Origin: Rhodothermales bacterium
Lineage (GTDB): Bacteria > Bacteroidota > Rhodothermia > Rhodothermales > Bin80
NCBI GenBank assembly: GCA_965215475.1
Contig: OZ244061.1
Location: forward strand, 2,728,307-2,792,306
Direction of reading: 5' to 3'
DNA: 64,000 bases
The notes under the pieces were generated by a model. It had not been told where the DNA came from and did not search any database. It saw only the letters and a program-made list of their open reading frames with translations. The position numbers and the translations under genes are program-made. The first letter of the stretch is position 1, and each line of letters opens with the position of its first letter. Below, piece after piece: positions 31,101 through 39,135 of the stretch.

Positions 31101-33750
31101 GGACAACGCCACTGCGGTCGTCACCTTGGGGAATGGGAAGAGTGGAGCGACTGCTGGAGTCGGGACGATTGATGTGGGCGAGGGTGCTCTCCAGCTAGGC
31201 CCCGAAACGACGAATCCGTTGGATGAGTTGGGCAATGATTGGCAGTATCCGATTCCGAACGCGAATGCACGGCGGCCTCATGTGAAATTAGACGTGAAAC
31301 AAGGCAGCGCGGTCAATGGACTCATTCGGGTGCCGAAAGGAAGTAAGCAGACGGAGATCATCGGCGCGAAATTTGACACCATCGTGTTTGATGGAATGAA
31401 GACGCCAAATAAACCAGGGACGGTGGATCCCAGCAAATTAAACTGGGACGGGACCTTGTATGTGATGGGTATCGGAGCCGCGGGGAAAGAAGCGATCACA
31501 GTGGATTCCCTGAACGCATCGAATGGGGCGGTTGAGTTCTGGGGGTCCAAGGCCACGATCACCAAAAATGTGGACGTTACCTCTGCGAACCTCTTCCAGC
31601 AGTTGAATACGTTGGAATTCAAAAAGGATCTCACGATCAGCGGGACGGCAGGATTCTCTTCCAGAGAGGGGGATGCAGACGCCAAAAAATCGCTGACCAT
31701 TGAGGGAAACTTTTCGAAGGTCATTACAAGTGCGACGGGAGCTGCTAATGAGGATCAAGAGAGAGGGATTTCGAATACTCCTACGGATGCAATCTATTTG
31801 AGTGAGTATACGAACTTGACCGCCAAGAAGGACTTCAAGGTCTCTGGTCCAGGAGCGGCCACTCGGTTCTTGACGCAGAACGGAACGCAGCTTAAGTTGG
31901 AGGGAGACTTTGACTTTGGTCCGACCGCAGAAGGTTATGCGATCGAGGCCGATGTGGAGTTTTCAGGAAAAGAAGCGCAGAAGGTGCGTTCCCTGGCAGA
32001 CTTCGGGGGGAAGGTAGAGATCAACAATGCCAACGGGATCATGCTGGAGAGTAATGTCGCGCAAGGGGAAACGAGTACGTTGACGCTGACCCGAGGAATC
32101 ATCCACAGCGATCAGTATACCTGGACGTTGAAGAACCCGAACATTGAAGAGGATCTCCGTGGGCGCAACAATGCCGTGACCAACTGTGATACGGATGAGA
32201 ATTGTGACAAAGTGATCACAGGAGGCACGCGTCGCACGCATGCCTCGGCGGGGGTTTCTCGTCATGTGAAGGATGGGATTTCTGGGGGGACGGCGGAATT
32301 GAGCGGTGGGTACCTGTTCCCGGTGGGGGGTACTAGTGGAGAGGAGGCGCATTATCGTCCGCTGATTCTGCAACTGGAGGATGATTTATCGGAAGCGATG
32401 CCGGCGACGGTGACGCCGATTACGGTTCCCGACGGGGCAACACCATCCTGGCCTGCCGACAATATCGTCACCTCAGGAGGGGCGTTAACGCTGGATGTAT
32501 ATGCGGACATCTTCTGGAAAGTGGAGTTCAAAGACGAGTTGGATGTGCATCCTCGTGTTCGGATTGGAGCGGGCGGACTGGTGAACGTATTTGATCAGGC
32601 GGGAATCCGCATGGTGCAGTGGGATTGTGAATGGGATAATCCGAAATTGGCGGGAACCTCCGTCACCGGAAATGGCGACGAATCGTTTGCGGAAAACGGA
32701 TATGTGAATGGCGTTCTGAATTTGACGCAGGAGACGGTGGAGATTGGCACATGTGCGATTTTGGGCGTGGCAGCGAATGGGATTGAGAACCCCATTCACC
32801 GCGCGGAAATTACGGGGGGCTTGGCGGAGGTTCAGATCATTCATAACGCAAACTTACCTGCACCGGTGAATGTATCTCTGGATGGGGCGCCGCTTCTTTC
32901 TGGCGTGCGGTTCCAGACTGCGACGGGCTATACGAAGCTTAGCGCAGGATCCCATGAGGTGCAGCTCCAGTTAGTGGGTGCTCCGGCAGAGCAGACCACG
33001 GATGTGACCCTGCCTTCGTTGGGGGCAAACAAGAGCTATGCGGTCATCGCGCACGGCATGTTGGGCAACCTTGCGGTGAACACGATTGAAACCCGCCTGA
33101 AATCCAGTACGAGCACGATGGTGGAGGCGATCTTGGTTCATGGCTCGGGCGATGCGCCGGCGGTGAACGTGAATGTGTTGGATCCATCCAACAGTAACCA
33201 GTTGGATCGGGTATTGACGCGGCAGCTTGCGTTCAACAATACGACGCGGTATTTGCAGTTGGAGCCGGACTTTGTGAACTTGCAGGTCACCACGGCGGAC
33301 AACACGGAGGTTGCGGTCTTCCAGTTGGATCTGGCGGGGCGTCAGGGCGAGGCTTTGATCTTGAACCTGTCCAATCAGGCGGCAAGCTTGGAGGTCTACG
33401 GAGTGGATGTGAATGGGGAGCGTGTGGCGCACTTCAATGTGACGAGTGTTGCCGAAGCGGAGGAGCTTCCGACGGAGTTCACCTTGCATGGGAACTATCC
33501 GAACCCGTTCAATCCTTCGACGCGGATCCAGTTTGATCTACCGGAGTCGGCTCGTGTGAGTCTTCAGATTGTGGACATGTTGGGTCGTGAAGTGATGACG
33601 CTGCCGGCGCAGGAGTTTGAGGCGGGGGCGAACCGGAGCATGGAGCTGAATGCGGTGAGTCTTGCCTCGGGGACCTACCTGTACCGGATGATTGCGACAG
33701 GAGCGGAGAGCAGGTTTGTGAAGTCGGGTCGTATGACGCTGGTGAAGTAA
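28147..33750 (+). CDS. Giant secreted protein B (1867 aa), T9SS C-terminal sorting domain, paralog of A
   Basis: Same signal peptide and T9SS CTD as A. Residues 29 to about 755 are only ~60-70% identical to A. From LKHLVYASRNTD onward the two are near-identical, except for a variable patch at about 31165-31960. Confidence 0.9.
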   Translation: MKHFTKLFGVGCVALLAMLFAASGAFAQTTRYVDVNNGSGADCTLTAPCLLDNAIGSEGTVLIRVRRAGSTVTLAPPASSLTANITFGAYVRGSGSAVKGTLEFEDEFTIGAGTFTIHKDATVQFEDVKLSDDATRTSGAIAFADSPADDKNHPASRLSITGTLTVVGSSNYLDALEVANDLTIEGESTSPRLRVNQLTVKRGATLTVGGSTAAAEIDLHVALKKSAKDSKNGILTVDGTIDGPGTVWFTPEARTSSFFHLSSDYQPDARNVIDHDDCVLVTGGGEIENEIRAIAAGNICINLTKIGDLTVAGSIAADATDNPDVTTDVIFRNEVEIDGDVVQWNDARVVFEKDATVTGDVILADGVLPTGVFPSSFPVDQSTARVDDGGVATSIRRGVKLASAAENDPFTCEYLNDMAAVRIVDTPVVSLSATPTSQVVGGTVTVTATLNKAHPDGTDVTVPLVVNPANAVTPANPSITIAGVATTGSVPLTVSNTPGTFTVALGEVMNARPGTTATSVSITVTPTGKNLLVDDPSDARFFKNQDTATAGPGFYIPGVLFQGEVTIEGDLDIRSDDIAGIDSAPNRKDTSCAPRVIFAAEKVGKANSAIMSRIEGDLNIEATHNDRILLDAHMDGAIISAHNLALDGEIFAEEGAPIEMENPAETLDEGECKNTLALNGGTRLILTEEGNGREISGDLMIHALVTLEDLEITGDVTVTTLHVGSGSDLEVDETLTVKDALILEGELDGALHSNSELKHLVYASRNTDIVTGLTEKGALESLSIYLDGGELRLDEVTETKNLGLCKGPLVLFAAGTDTQNTLMVTEQITVKEGTLSLDTNDPGSIGTDVPDKEADRTGNHGYILKYVVEKEHTIDSEWFTGVRKVAIDHKDAVVIVDEKQSLIEGVHIFNGHLHLKGEGSHLTIGPSSKHAPFLMIDNGELHANGNNVVVHGKVDVGKADKQTGKIMTGGGELHVLGQLNSSKGLDNATAVVTLGNGKSGATAGVGTIDVGEGALQLGPETTNPLDELGNDWQYPIPNANARRPHVKLDVKQGSAVNGLIRVPKGSKQTEIIGAKFDTIVFDGMKTPNKPGTVDPSKLNWDGTLYVMGIGAAGKEAITVDSLNASNGAVEFWGSKATITKNVDVTSANLFQQLNTLEFKKDLTISGTAGFSSREGDADAKKSLTIEGNFSKVITSATGAANEDQERGISNTPTDAIYLSEYTNLTAKKDFKVSGPGAATRFLTQNGTQLKLEGDFDFGPTAEGYAIEADVEFSGKEAQKVRSLADFGGKVEINNANGIMLESNVAQGETSTLTLTRGIIHSDQYTWTLKNPNIEEDLRGRNNAVTNCDTDENCDKVITGGTRRTHASAGVSRHVKDGISGGTAELSGGYLFPVGGTSGEEAHYRPLILQLEDDLSEAMPATVTPITVPDGATPSWPADNIVTSGGALTLDVYADIFWKVEFKDELDVHPRVRIGAGGLVNVFDQAGIRMVQWDCEWDNPKLAGTSVTGNGDESFAENGYVNGVLNLTQETVEIGTCAILGVAANGIENPIHRAEITGGLAEVQIIHNANLPAPVNVSLDGAPLLSGVRFQTATGYTKLSAGSHEVQLQLVGAPAEQTTDVTLPSLGANKSYAVIAHGMLGNLAVNTIETRLKSSTSTMVEAILVHGSGDAPAVNVNVLDPSNSNQLDRVLTRQLAFNNTTRYLQLEPDFVNLQVTTADNTEVAVFQLDLAGRQGEALILNLSNQAASLEVYGVDVNGERVAHFNVTSVAEAEELPTEFTLHGNYPNPFNPSTRIQFDLPESARVSLQIVDMLGREVMTLPAQEFEAGANRSMELNAVSLASGTYLYRMIATGAESRFVKSGRMTLVK

Positions 33751-33789
33751 AGCAGATCGAGTAGCGTAGCTACTCACGCAGGAAACAAG

Positions 33790-33823
33790 GCGCCCCGGTA
33801 CTTCTTGGTATCGGGGCGCTTTT
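33790..33823 (+). terminator. Rho-independent terminator of giant gene B
   Basis: GCGCCCCGGTAC-ttcttg-GTATCGGGGCGC followed by TTTT. It is a homologue of the terminator at 13597-13630, with one difference in the loop. Confidence 0.8.
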
Positions 33824-33898
33824 GCGTTGGGAAAAAAGTTCGGGAGGGAGGTAACCCCATTATATTTTCACATGATCACATAAAAAACGAAGTAAAAA

Positions 33899-34120
33899 AT
33901 GACGGATAAGATTGAAAATAATTCTACCAGAATTATCAAGACAGCGGCTGGGGGCGCAGCAGGAGCAACGGCCGGAGGACTTATAGGTAGCAAAATTGGT
34001 ATCGCTGCAATGGGAACTGCTATTGCAGGAACTGTGCCTTTAGCTATACTTGGCGGTATTATCAGTGTTGGTGCAATCATTCTAAACAAGAAGTTAAAAA
34101 GCAAATCCAACAATAATTGA
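33899..34120 (+). CDS. Small glycine-zipper membrane protein (73 aa)
   Basis: AAGGAAGATAGGLIGSKIGIAAMGTAIAGTVPLAILGGIISVGAIIL followed by a basic tail KKLKSKSNNN. There are no homology anchors, so coding status is moderately supported. Confidence 0.5.
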   Translation: MTDKIENNSTRIIKTAAGGAAGATAGGLIGSKIGIAAMGTAIAGTVPLAILGGIISVGAIILNKKLKSKSNNN

Positions 34121-34218
34121 GTTGAAGTTCATATAGGGCTTTACTGCCGGGGTTGTTTCAATCCTTCAACAACTTTTCCGGTTACAAAAGATAGAGATGA
34201 GGCATACTTGTTGATTTT

Positions 34219-35036
34219 ATGAAAGCGCAAGTTTGCAATTTGTATGGGATCAAAAAAAAACGCCTTGCCTTGGACCGACCGAACGAAGATCTATGTAAAG
34301 AAGCAGCAGAATTTTTCAAGATCGTGCATTCTTTGGAGCATGAGTGCTCAAGGGATACAATGAATCCGCTCATGCAGGGAGGTAATGGGTTGCCTCAATT
34401 TGATGTATTTATGGAGCCGGTTCAATTCTTGACGACATGGATTCATGTATATGGCAATGTGAGGTCGGCGATCATAGCATCCAAGATTTGTGTGGTAAAG
34501 TTAGCTCCCACCTTAAAGCTACACTTTGCCTGCTTCGGAATGGCTATTACGACGAAGCACTTGCACTTTGCAGAATCATCGGTGAAACGACTAATTTACT
34601 CTGTCTTTTCTACGCTGATGGACAAGAACTGGAGAAGTGGCGTTTACTTGTGGAGAGATAGTATAACGCCCAAATCAAGCCGGTTGAGGTCCGTAAACGT
34701 CTAGAAGAATTGGGTATAAAACACCCGCCTATTGATAAGGAGAAATACAAAGATCTATCTGCGGGTTTAGTGCACGCATCTCCTCATGCTAGACCTAATA
34801 AACACAATGATGAGAATATTCCCATACTTGGGAGCGTTTTCCAAAAGAATGGATTAAATCAAGGACTATCTGAACTCGCACGACTCTCATGTTTAGCGAC
34901 ATTTTTTGGGTCAAAGCTGGTACAACTCCCCAGTCGTCCAAAACAGATTATTGAGGGACACATTCTATCTATCGCAGAAAGCATGAATATTGGCATGGAT
35001 TCATTTGAGCAAGGGGGCATGCCCCATAAGCGTTAA
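34219..35036 (+). pseudogene. Helical protein of unknown function (DUF5677/AbiV-like resemblance), frameshift plus in-frame TAG
   Basis: Frame 0 reads ...HLKATLCLLRNGYYDEALALCRIIGETTNLL...ELEKWRLLVER*YNAQIKPVEVRKRLEELG. The TAG lies at 34659-34661. The N-terminal part (34219-~34430) is in another frame. The family assignment is from memory and is weak. Confidence 0.45.
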
Positions 35037-35469
35037 CTTGAAAAGTATTTCTCTATTTGATGGTTTCTGCGCCTTGGAGATTCTGTAAGCGATTTCGAGA
35101 TGATTGTCCGATTTCTAATCATTTCACTCAATAAGTAGTAGGAGCAATTGTTCGCAAGACTTGATTTAGCGTAGTTTAGGGTTTAGTGGAAACTCTGGTT
35201 TCGAATGAAAAATCTTCCTGATGCCTTTCTATCCTGCCTTTAATTGATCGTAGTGGTGGATAATCTCACAAGTATTTTGGATTTGGAACCATCGCAAGCT
35301 TGCAAATTCCTAATGAGGAGTACATCATATTGCAGTGTAGCCCTGCCTCAGTATTTTAAATTTGATTCTTTGTTGACGTCTATCGCCGAAGCTGTGGGTA
35401 ATGATGCGAATTCTGATTATTACTGTCGAAAAGAAATCCCATCCTTCATATGCCGGGGAATCGTCGCCT

Positions 35470-35560
35470 CCCCCGACTGGACGTGACCGAGGCCCTGCGG
35501 CATTTTTTCACGGAAGGGAAGACATTCTATCCAGTTTTGAGACTGTCCTCTCTGATACAA
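35470..35560 (+). pseudogene. Orphan 5' fragment of a third ATPase paralog
   Basis: Encodes RDRGPAAFFHGREDILSSFETVL. Compare EDRGPAEYFHGRQEIIDTFTSAL (paralog B, about 100 bp downstream) and KDRGPAKYFHGREEIIDTFSSVL (paralog A). Confidence 0.6.
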
Positions 35561-35595
35561 TGTGTCCTGATTTGCCGTATCTTCATGCCATGTAA

Positions 35596-36816
35596 TTGAT
35601 CAAAAACATCATGAGTTCTGATTTCATTGAGGATCGAGGTCCAGCTGAATATTTTCACGGGAGGCAAGAAATTATTGACACTTTTACCAGTGCCCTTGAA
35701 CGCTATCTCGGCAAAAAAAGGGGAACCACCTTCTTGATCCAGGGTGCACCCGGAGCGGGAAAGACGGCTCTACTGGATAAACTGTCTGTAGAGGCACGGG
35801 CCAAAAACTGGGACGTCGCAATCATCAAGATGAAAGATTTGTATGATCCTATATCCATGGCACAATCTCTGGGAGAATCCTACGTCATGGATAAACAGTA
35901 TGCTGCGAACGTTGGTATTCATGGGTTCGGCGGTGGGTATAGCAGAAATGTGGCAGGATATTCCAGTGTGGATGGGTTACTGAAAGAGGTGGCACCCGAG
36001 GAAGGATTGATTTTGGTGCTGGATGAAGCCCAGCGTCTGATCAATCTAGAAAAAACTCCAACGGAATCACATCGAGCGGGAGACACGTTGGACAAGATTC
36101 ATAATGGTGGGCTGGGAAAACCCGTCATGCTACTGACGGCGGGGTTAGGCACGACCCAATCGGCCTTTCGCAAGCTGGGGATTTCCCGATTTGCAGGAGA
36201 GGCTTTGATAAATCTCGGGCGATTGGATAAGAAATCTGAGCGGTTGGTAATTCGTGATTGGTTAATCAAAGACGGGGGGGCCAAGGGGAATCCTGATCCA
36301 TGGATTGATGCGATTGCCAAGGAGACGCATGGATGGCCCCAGCATATCATTTCCTATGTTAAGCCCGCGGTTGCGTACCTTGAATCCAACCATCGTCGCA
36401 TGACGGATGAGGGCTTGCGGATTGTGCTAGAGAAGGGCAATGAGTTTCGAATCAACTATTACGAAACCCGCGCGCACGAGATTGACGTGGAGCAACGGCA
36501 ATCTCTTACCAGATCTCTCGCCCATGTTCCACTTGGTGGAACTACGACACGCACGTCAATTATAGCTATACTTAATGAAGAATATCCTCCTGAAGTAGCA
36601 GACAATTTCTTCAAACAAGCACTTGAGCAAGGAATCATTGATAAGCGCAAAGGTGGATACTACGGGGTGCCGATTCCCTCAATGCAAACATGGTTGATTG
36701 AAGAGTATGGCAGAGAACAGATTCAAATGCCGAAGATACACGATGAGTTATCCAAGGTGAGGCATGAGTCGCCAAAACAAGAAAAAGACTCCTCAAAGTG
36801 GAGTATGGAACGTTAA
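35596..36816 (+). CDS. P-loop NTPase (AAA/STAND-like), paralog B
   Basis: Intact 406 aa ORF with GAPGAGKTALL, LILVLDEAQRL and HGWPQHI. It is colinear with paralog A over its full length. Confidence 0.8.
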   Translation: MIKNIMSSDFIEDRGPAEYFHGRQEIIDTFTSALERYLGKKRGTTFLIQGAPGAGKTALLDKLSVEARAKNWDVAIIKMKDLYDPISMAQSLGESYVMDKQYAANVGIHGFGGGYSRNVAGYSSVDGLLKEVAPEEGLILVLDEAQRLINLEKTPTESHRAGDTLDKIHNGGLGKPVMLLTAGLGTTQSAFRKLGISRFAGEALINLGRLDKKSERLVIRDWLIKDGGAKGNPDPWIDAIAKETHGWPQHIISYVKPAVAYLESNHRRMTDEGLRIVLEKGNEFRINYYETRAHEIDVEQRQSLTRSLAHVPLGGTTTRTSIIAILNEEYPPEVADNFFKQALEQGIIDKRKGGYYGVPIPSMQTWLIEEYGREQIQMPKIHDELSKVRHESPKQEKDSSKWSMER

Positions 36817-37074
36817 ATGTTACTTGACTATCCCAAGTTCGACATTTTTGCTTGCGCTCAAGATACGAAAACCTCTCGTTTCCGTATTTGACTGATGTTT
36901 TTCTTGATCCGTACTCTTGTGAGAGTTTACGATTTGATGGGGCGTGGCCGTGTACCCTGTTTTGCGCCTGATTCCGCACAATTTCCCCGTAATTTCTTCA
37001 CATCCATCCCCATCGGATGTACCTCGGGCTCCTGAGTCCGTTCTTTCCCTCTTTATGAATCCACGCGCTTCATG

Positions 37075-38700
37075 TTACGGGTCGGGTGGCTTTTTGGGGA
37101 CGGCCGAACTGGGTTCCTCGACGTATTCCTTGATCGTTTTCGTGGCCCCAGGGTCATACTTCAGGTTCAAGTGCGCGAACCCATCCTCTAAAAAGGGAGT
37201 CAGCTCCTGATCACATACATGAATCAAGTAGCGGTGTTTGTTTTTGGGAAGCCGGGTGGTGATCCGCTTGAGTTGACGCCGAATCGTATCCCAGTTTGCA
37301 TGCACCCCTTTGTCTTTGAGTTGGGCCATATGGACCGTATAGTAGGCCAGAGGAACAGATGTGCTTCTATATGCGCATCCTTGCTGTGATCAATGGGGCG
37401 CATGCCCAGATCTGACTTCATGAATCGGAAGGCACTCTCAAGCTCGGTCAACTTCCAGTACAAGCGAGCAATTTGTTGCAGCGTCAGGTCCTGTATACGG
37501 GTTCGGATGACATAGCCCCCCACCGCCTAAATCCGGTGAGGAGGAGCAGGAAGCTTCGTATCGGTCACCGATTGTGCATGCTTCGCCTCCGACCGCAGAA
37601 CCTTGACCTCGTACAAAGGAGAGATCCAGCTGTACTGCTGCTTCAAACGTCCAACTTTGATCAAAACCTGATCATAGGTTTTCAAATAGCCAGACCTCAT
37701 GTAGCTTCTCAAGGGTTTCGGTATACGGCTCGCCTTTCTTCGCAAGGATCTGCTCCTGGTCGGGCTTCCCTGTGCACATAGACCAAACGTTCGTCCTTCT
37801 TGGGATCGTCCACTTTCTCATTTGGTTCTTTTGGGGTAGCGTCCTCCTCCGCTTCTTTGGTGGATTCCCATGCCCGGATTTCTTTTCCGCCCGCCGTCCA
37901 AAACGTTTCTTCAGGGGCTCGATCCGGTACCGGAGGTGCCTTCGTGCGCTCCACGGTAATCCAGTCCGGGTTCTGCGCCTCCAAGTACTCCAGATTCTCC
38001 TTGGATGCAATCCATGATCATCGTTACCCGCTCTCCTTGGAGATTCAACCCCTCCAACGTGTGCGGGCTCACTCGCGTTTCCGGCGAGAACCTTCACCGT
38101 GCGAGGAAGACCTGAAGCACTCATCGTCATGGACGCCGTTACCCGGGACCATCCTGTCGCTTCTGCTTGCTCCGCCCAAGAGTTCTCCCTTCTCTTGGCC
38201 ATGGTAAAACGTGTTCGTTCAATCATAAAAAACCAGCGTGGGATCAAAATCCAACCTCTCTTCGGCCTTCCCATGAAGGCGGTCTATGATTGATGCGTGC
38301 ACAGCTTGACCCCATATCGGTGCAGCGTTTGATCCAGATGCAAAAGCTCCAGAATACTGGACTCGTTACACATCCAGTCCAGCGTGTGCCGCTCCCGCGG
38401 AGCGCACGCCCGATGATCCGAGCACAGGCAATCTTAATGCCCCGATTGGAGAAGTCAAGCTCCTGCAACAAGCCCGATCCGCGTGTAACAAGAGTCGCTC
38501 TCGGTGCCGGAATCGGGGTGCGTGATCTGATCCACATGGATATATTGTCTTTTCTCCACCTTCGTATGGATGTCATATCCGTTTTGCAGAAGACGCTCCA
38601 CGACCGCATCCTTGATCGCTTTGTCTTCGGAAAATGGGCTCCTGTTTCAGGCGGGCTTCCACCTGTTTACCGGCCATTGTTCTTGCGCAGTGGCAAATTC
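37075..38700 (-). mobile_element. IS1634-like (IS4 superfamily) transposase, heavily degraded
   Basis: Minus-strand pieces include TLVFYD*TNTFYHGQEKGELLGGASRSDR, GRLKQQYSWISPLYEV and YWKLTELESAFRFMKSDLGMRPIDHSKDAHIEAHLFL. There are many stops and frameshifts. Confidence 0.6.
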
Positions 38701-38719
38701 TTGTCCCAGATTCAAAAGG

Positions 38720-39080
38720 GTGGTCTGTCTGGAGAGGGGACGATTGATGTGGGAGATGATGCACTCCAGCTAGGCCCCGAAACGATGAATCCGGTCAATG
38801 GGTTGACCCAAGATTGGCGATATCCAATTGTCCCCGTCCCTCCAGAAGACGAACCAGATGCCCCAAATAATCTAGATGCACGGCTTCACGTGAAACTGGA
38901 AGTCATCGGGAACAACAGTGCCGTTGTGGGTACGATTCGTGTGCCGAAGGGAAGCAAGGAAACCGAGATCATCGGTGCAGACTTTGATACCATCGTTTTT
39001 GATGGGACAAAGACGCCAAAGAAATCAGGGGATGACAACTGGGACGGGACCTTGTATGTGGTTAGTGTTGTAGATAGCAT
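38720..39080 (+). pseudogene. Fragment of a third giant-protein paralog (covers the internal variable patch)
   Basis: GTIDVGDDALQLGPETMNPVNGLTQDWRYPIV...LHVKLEV...IRVPKGSKETEIIGADFDTIVFDGTKTPKK...NWDGTLYVV aligns with B 31165-31470 and A about 15900-16240. DNA identity to B is ~75-80% by eye. Confidence 0.8.
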
Positions 39081-39135
39081 AAACGCAAGTTTGCAATTTA
39101 TAGTGGATTTTTTCATGAGTTTCGGTGGTTCCCAT

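Larger units (their letters stand above)
28055..33850 (+). repeat. Right arm of the ~5.8-kb inverted repeat (giant gene B plus shared flanks)
   Basis: See the left arm (13575-19461). Mosaic identity was read directly from both DNA and protein. Confidence 0.9.

Noticed and set aside
318-33750. Diversity-generating retroelement idea: an RT in the window plus two variable giant surface proteins
   Set aside because: The RT has group II intron maturase motifs and is a multi-frameshift pseudogene with DADD instead of YADD. It lies 12 kb or more from the giant genes. The A/B differences include indels and all substitution types rather than adenine-specific changes, and there is no short TR/VR pair.
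13575-33850. The inverted repeat as a fold-back or chimeric assembly artefact
   Set aside because: The arms are not identical. The N-terminal ~2.2 kb differs by ~30-40% at protein level with indels, the terminator loops differ, and each arm has unique outer flanks. An artefact would give perfect palindromic identity.
22977-35036. In-frame stops as evidence of stop-codon reassignment or a recoded mobile element
   Set aside because: TGA, TAA and TAG all occur in frame within one gene, and frameshifts accompany them. Long neighbouring genes (5.7-kb giant genes, uvrB, trbE) read through normally under the standard code.
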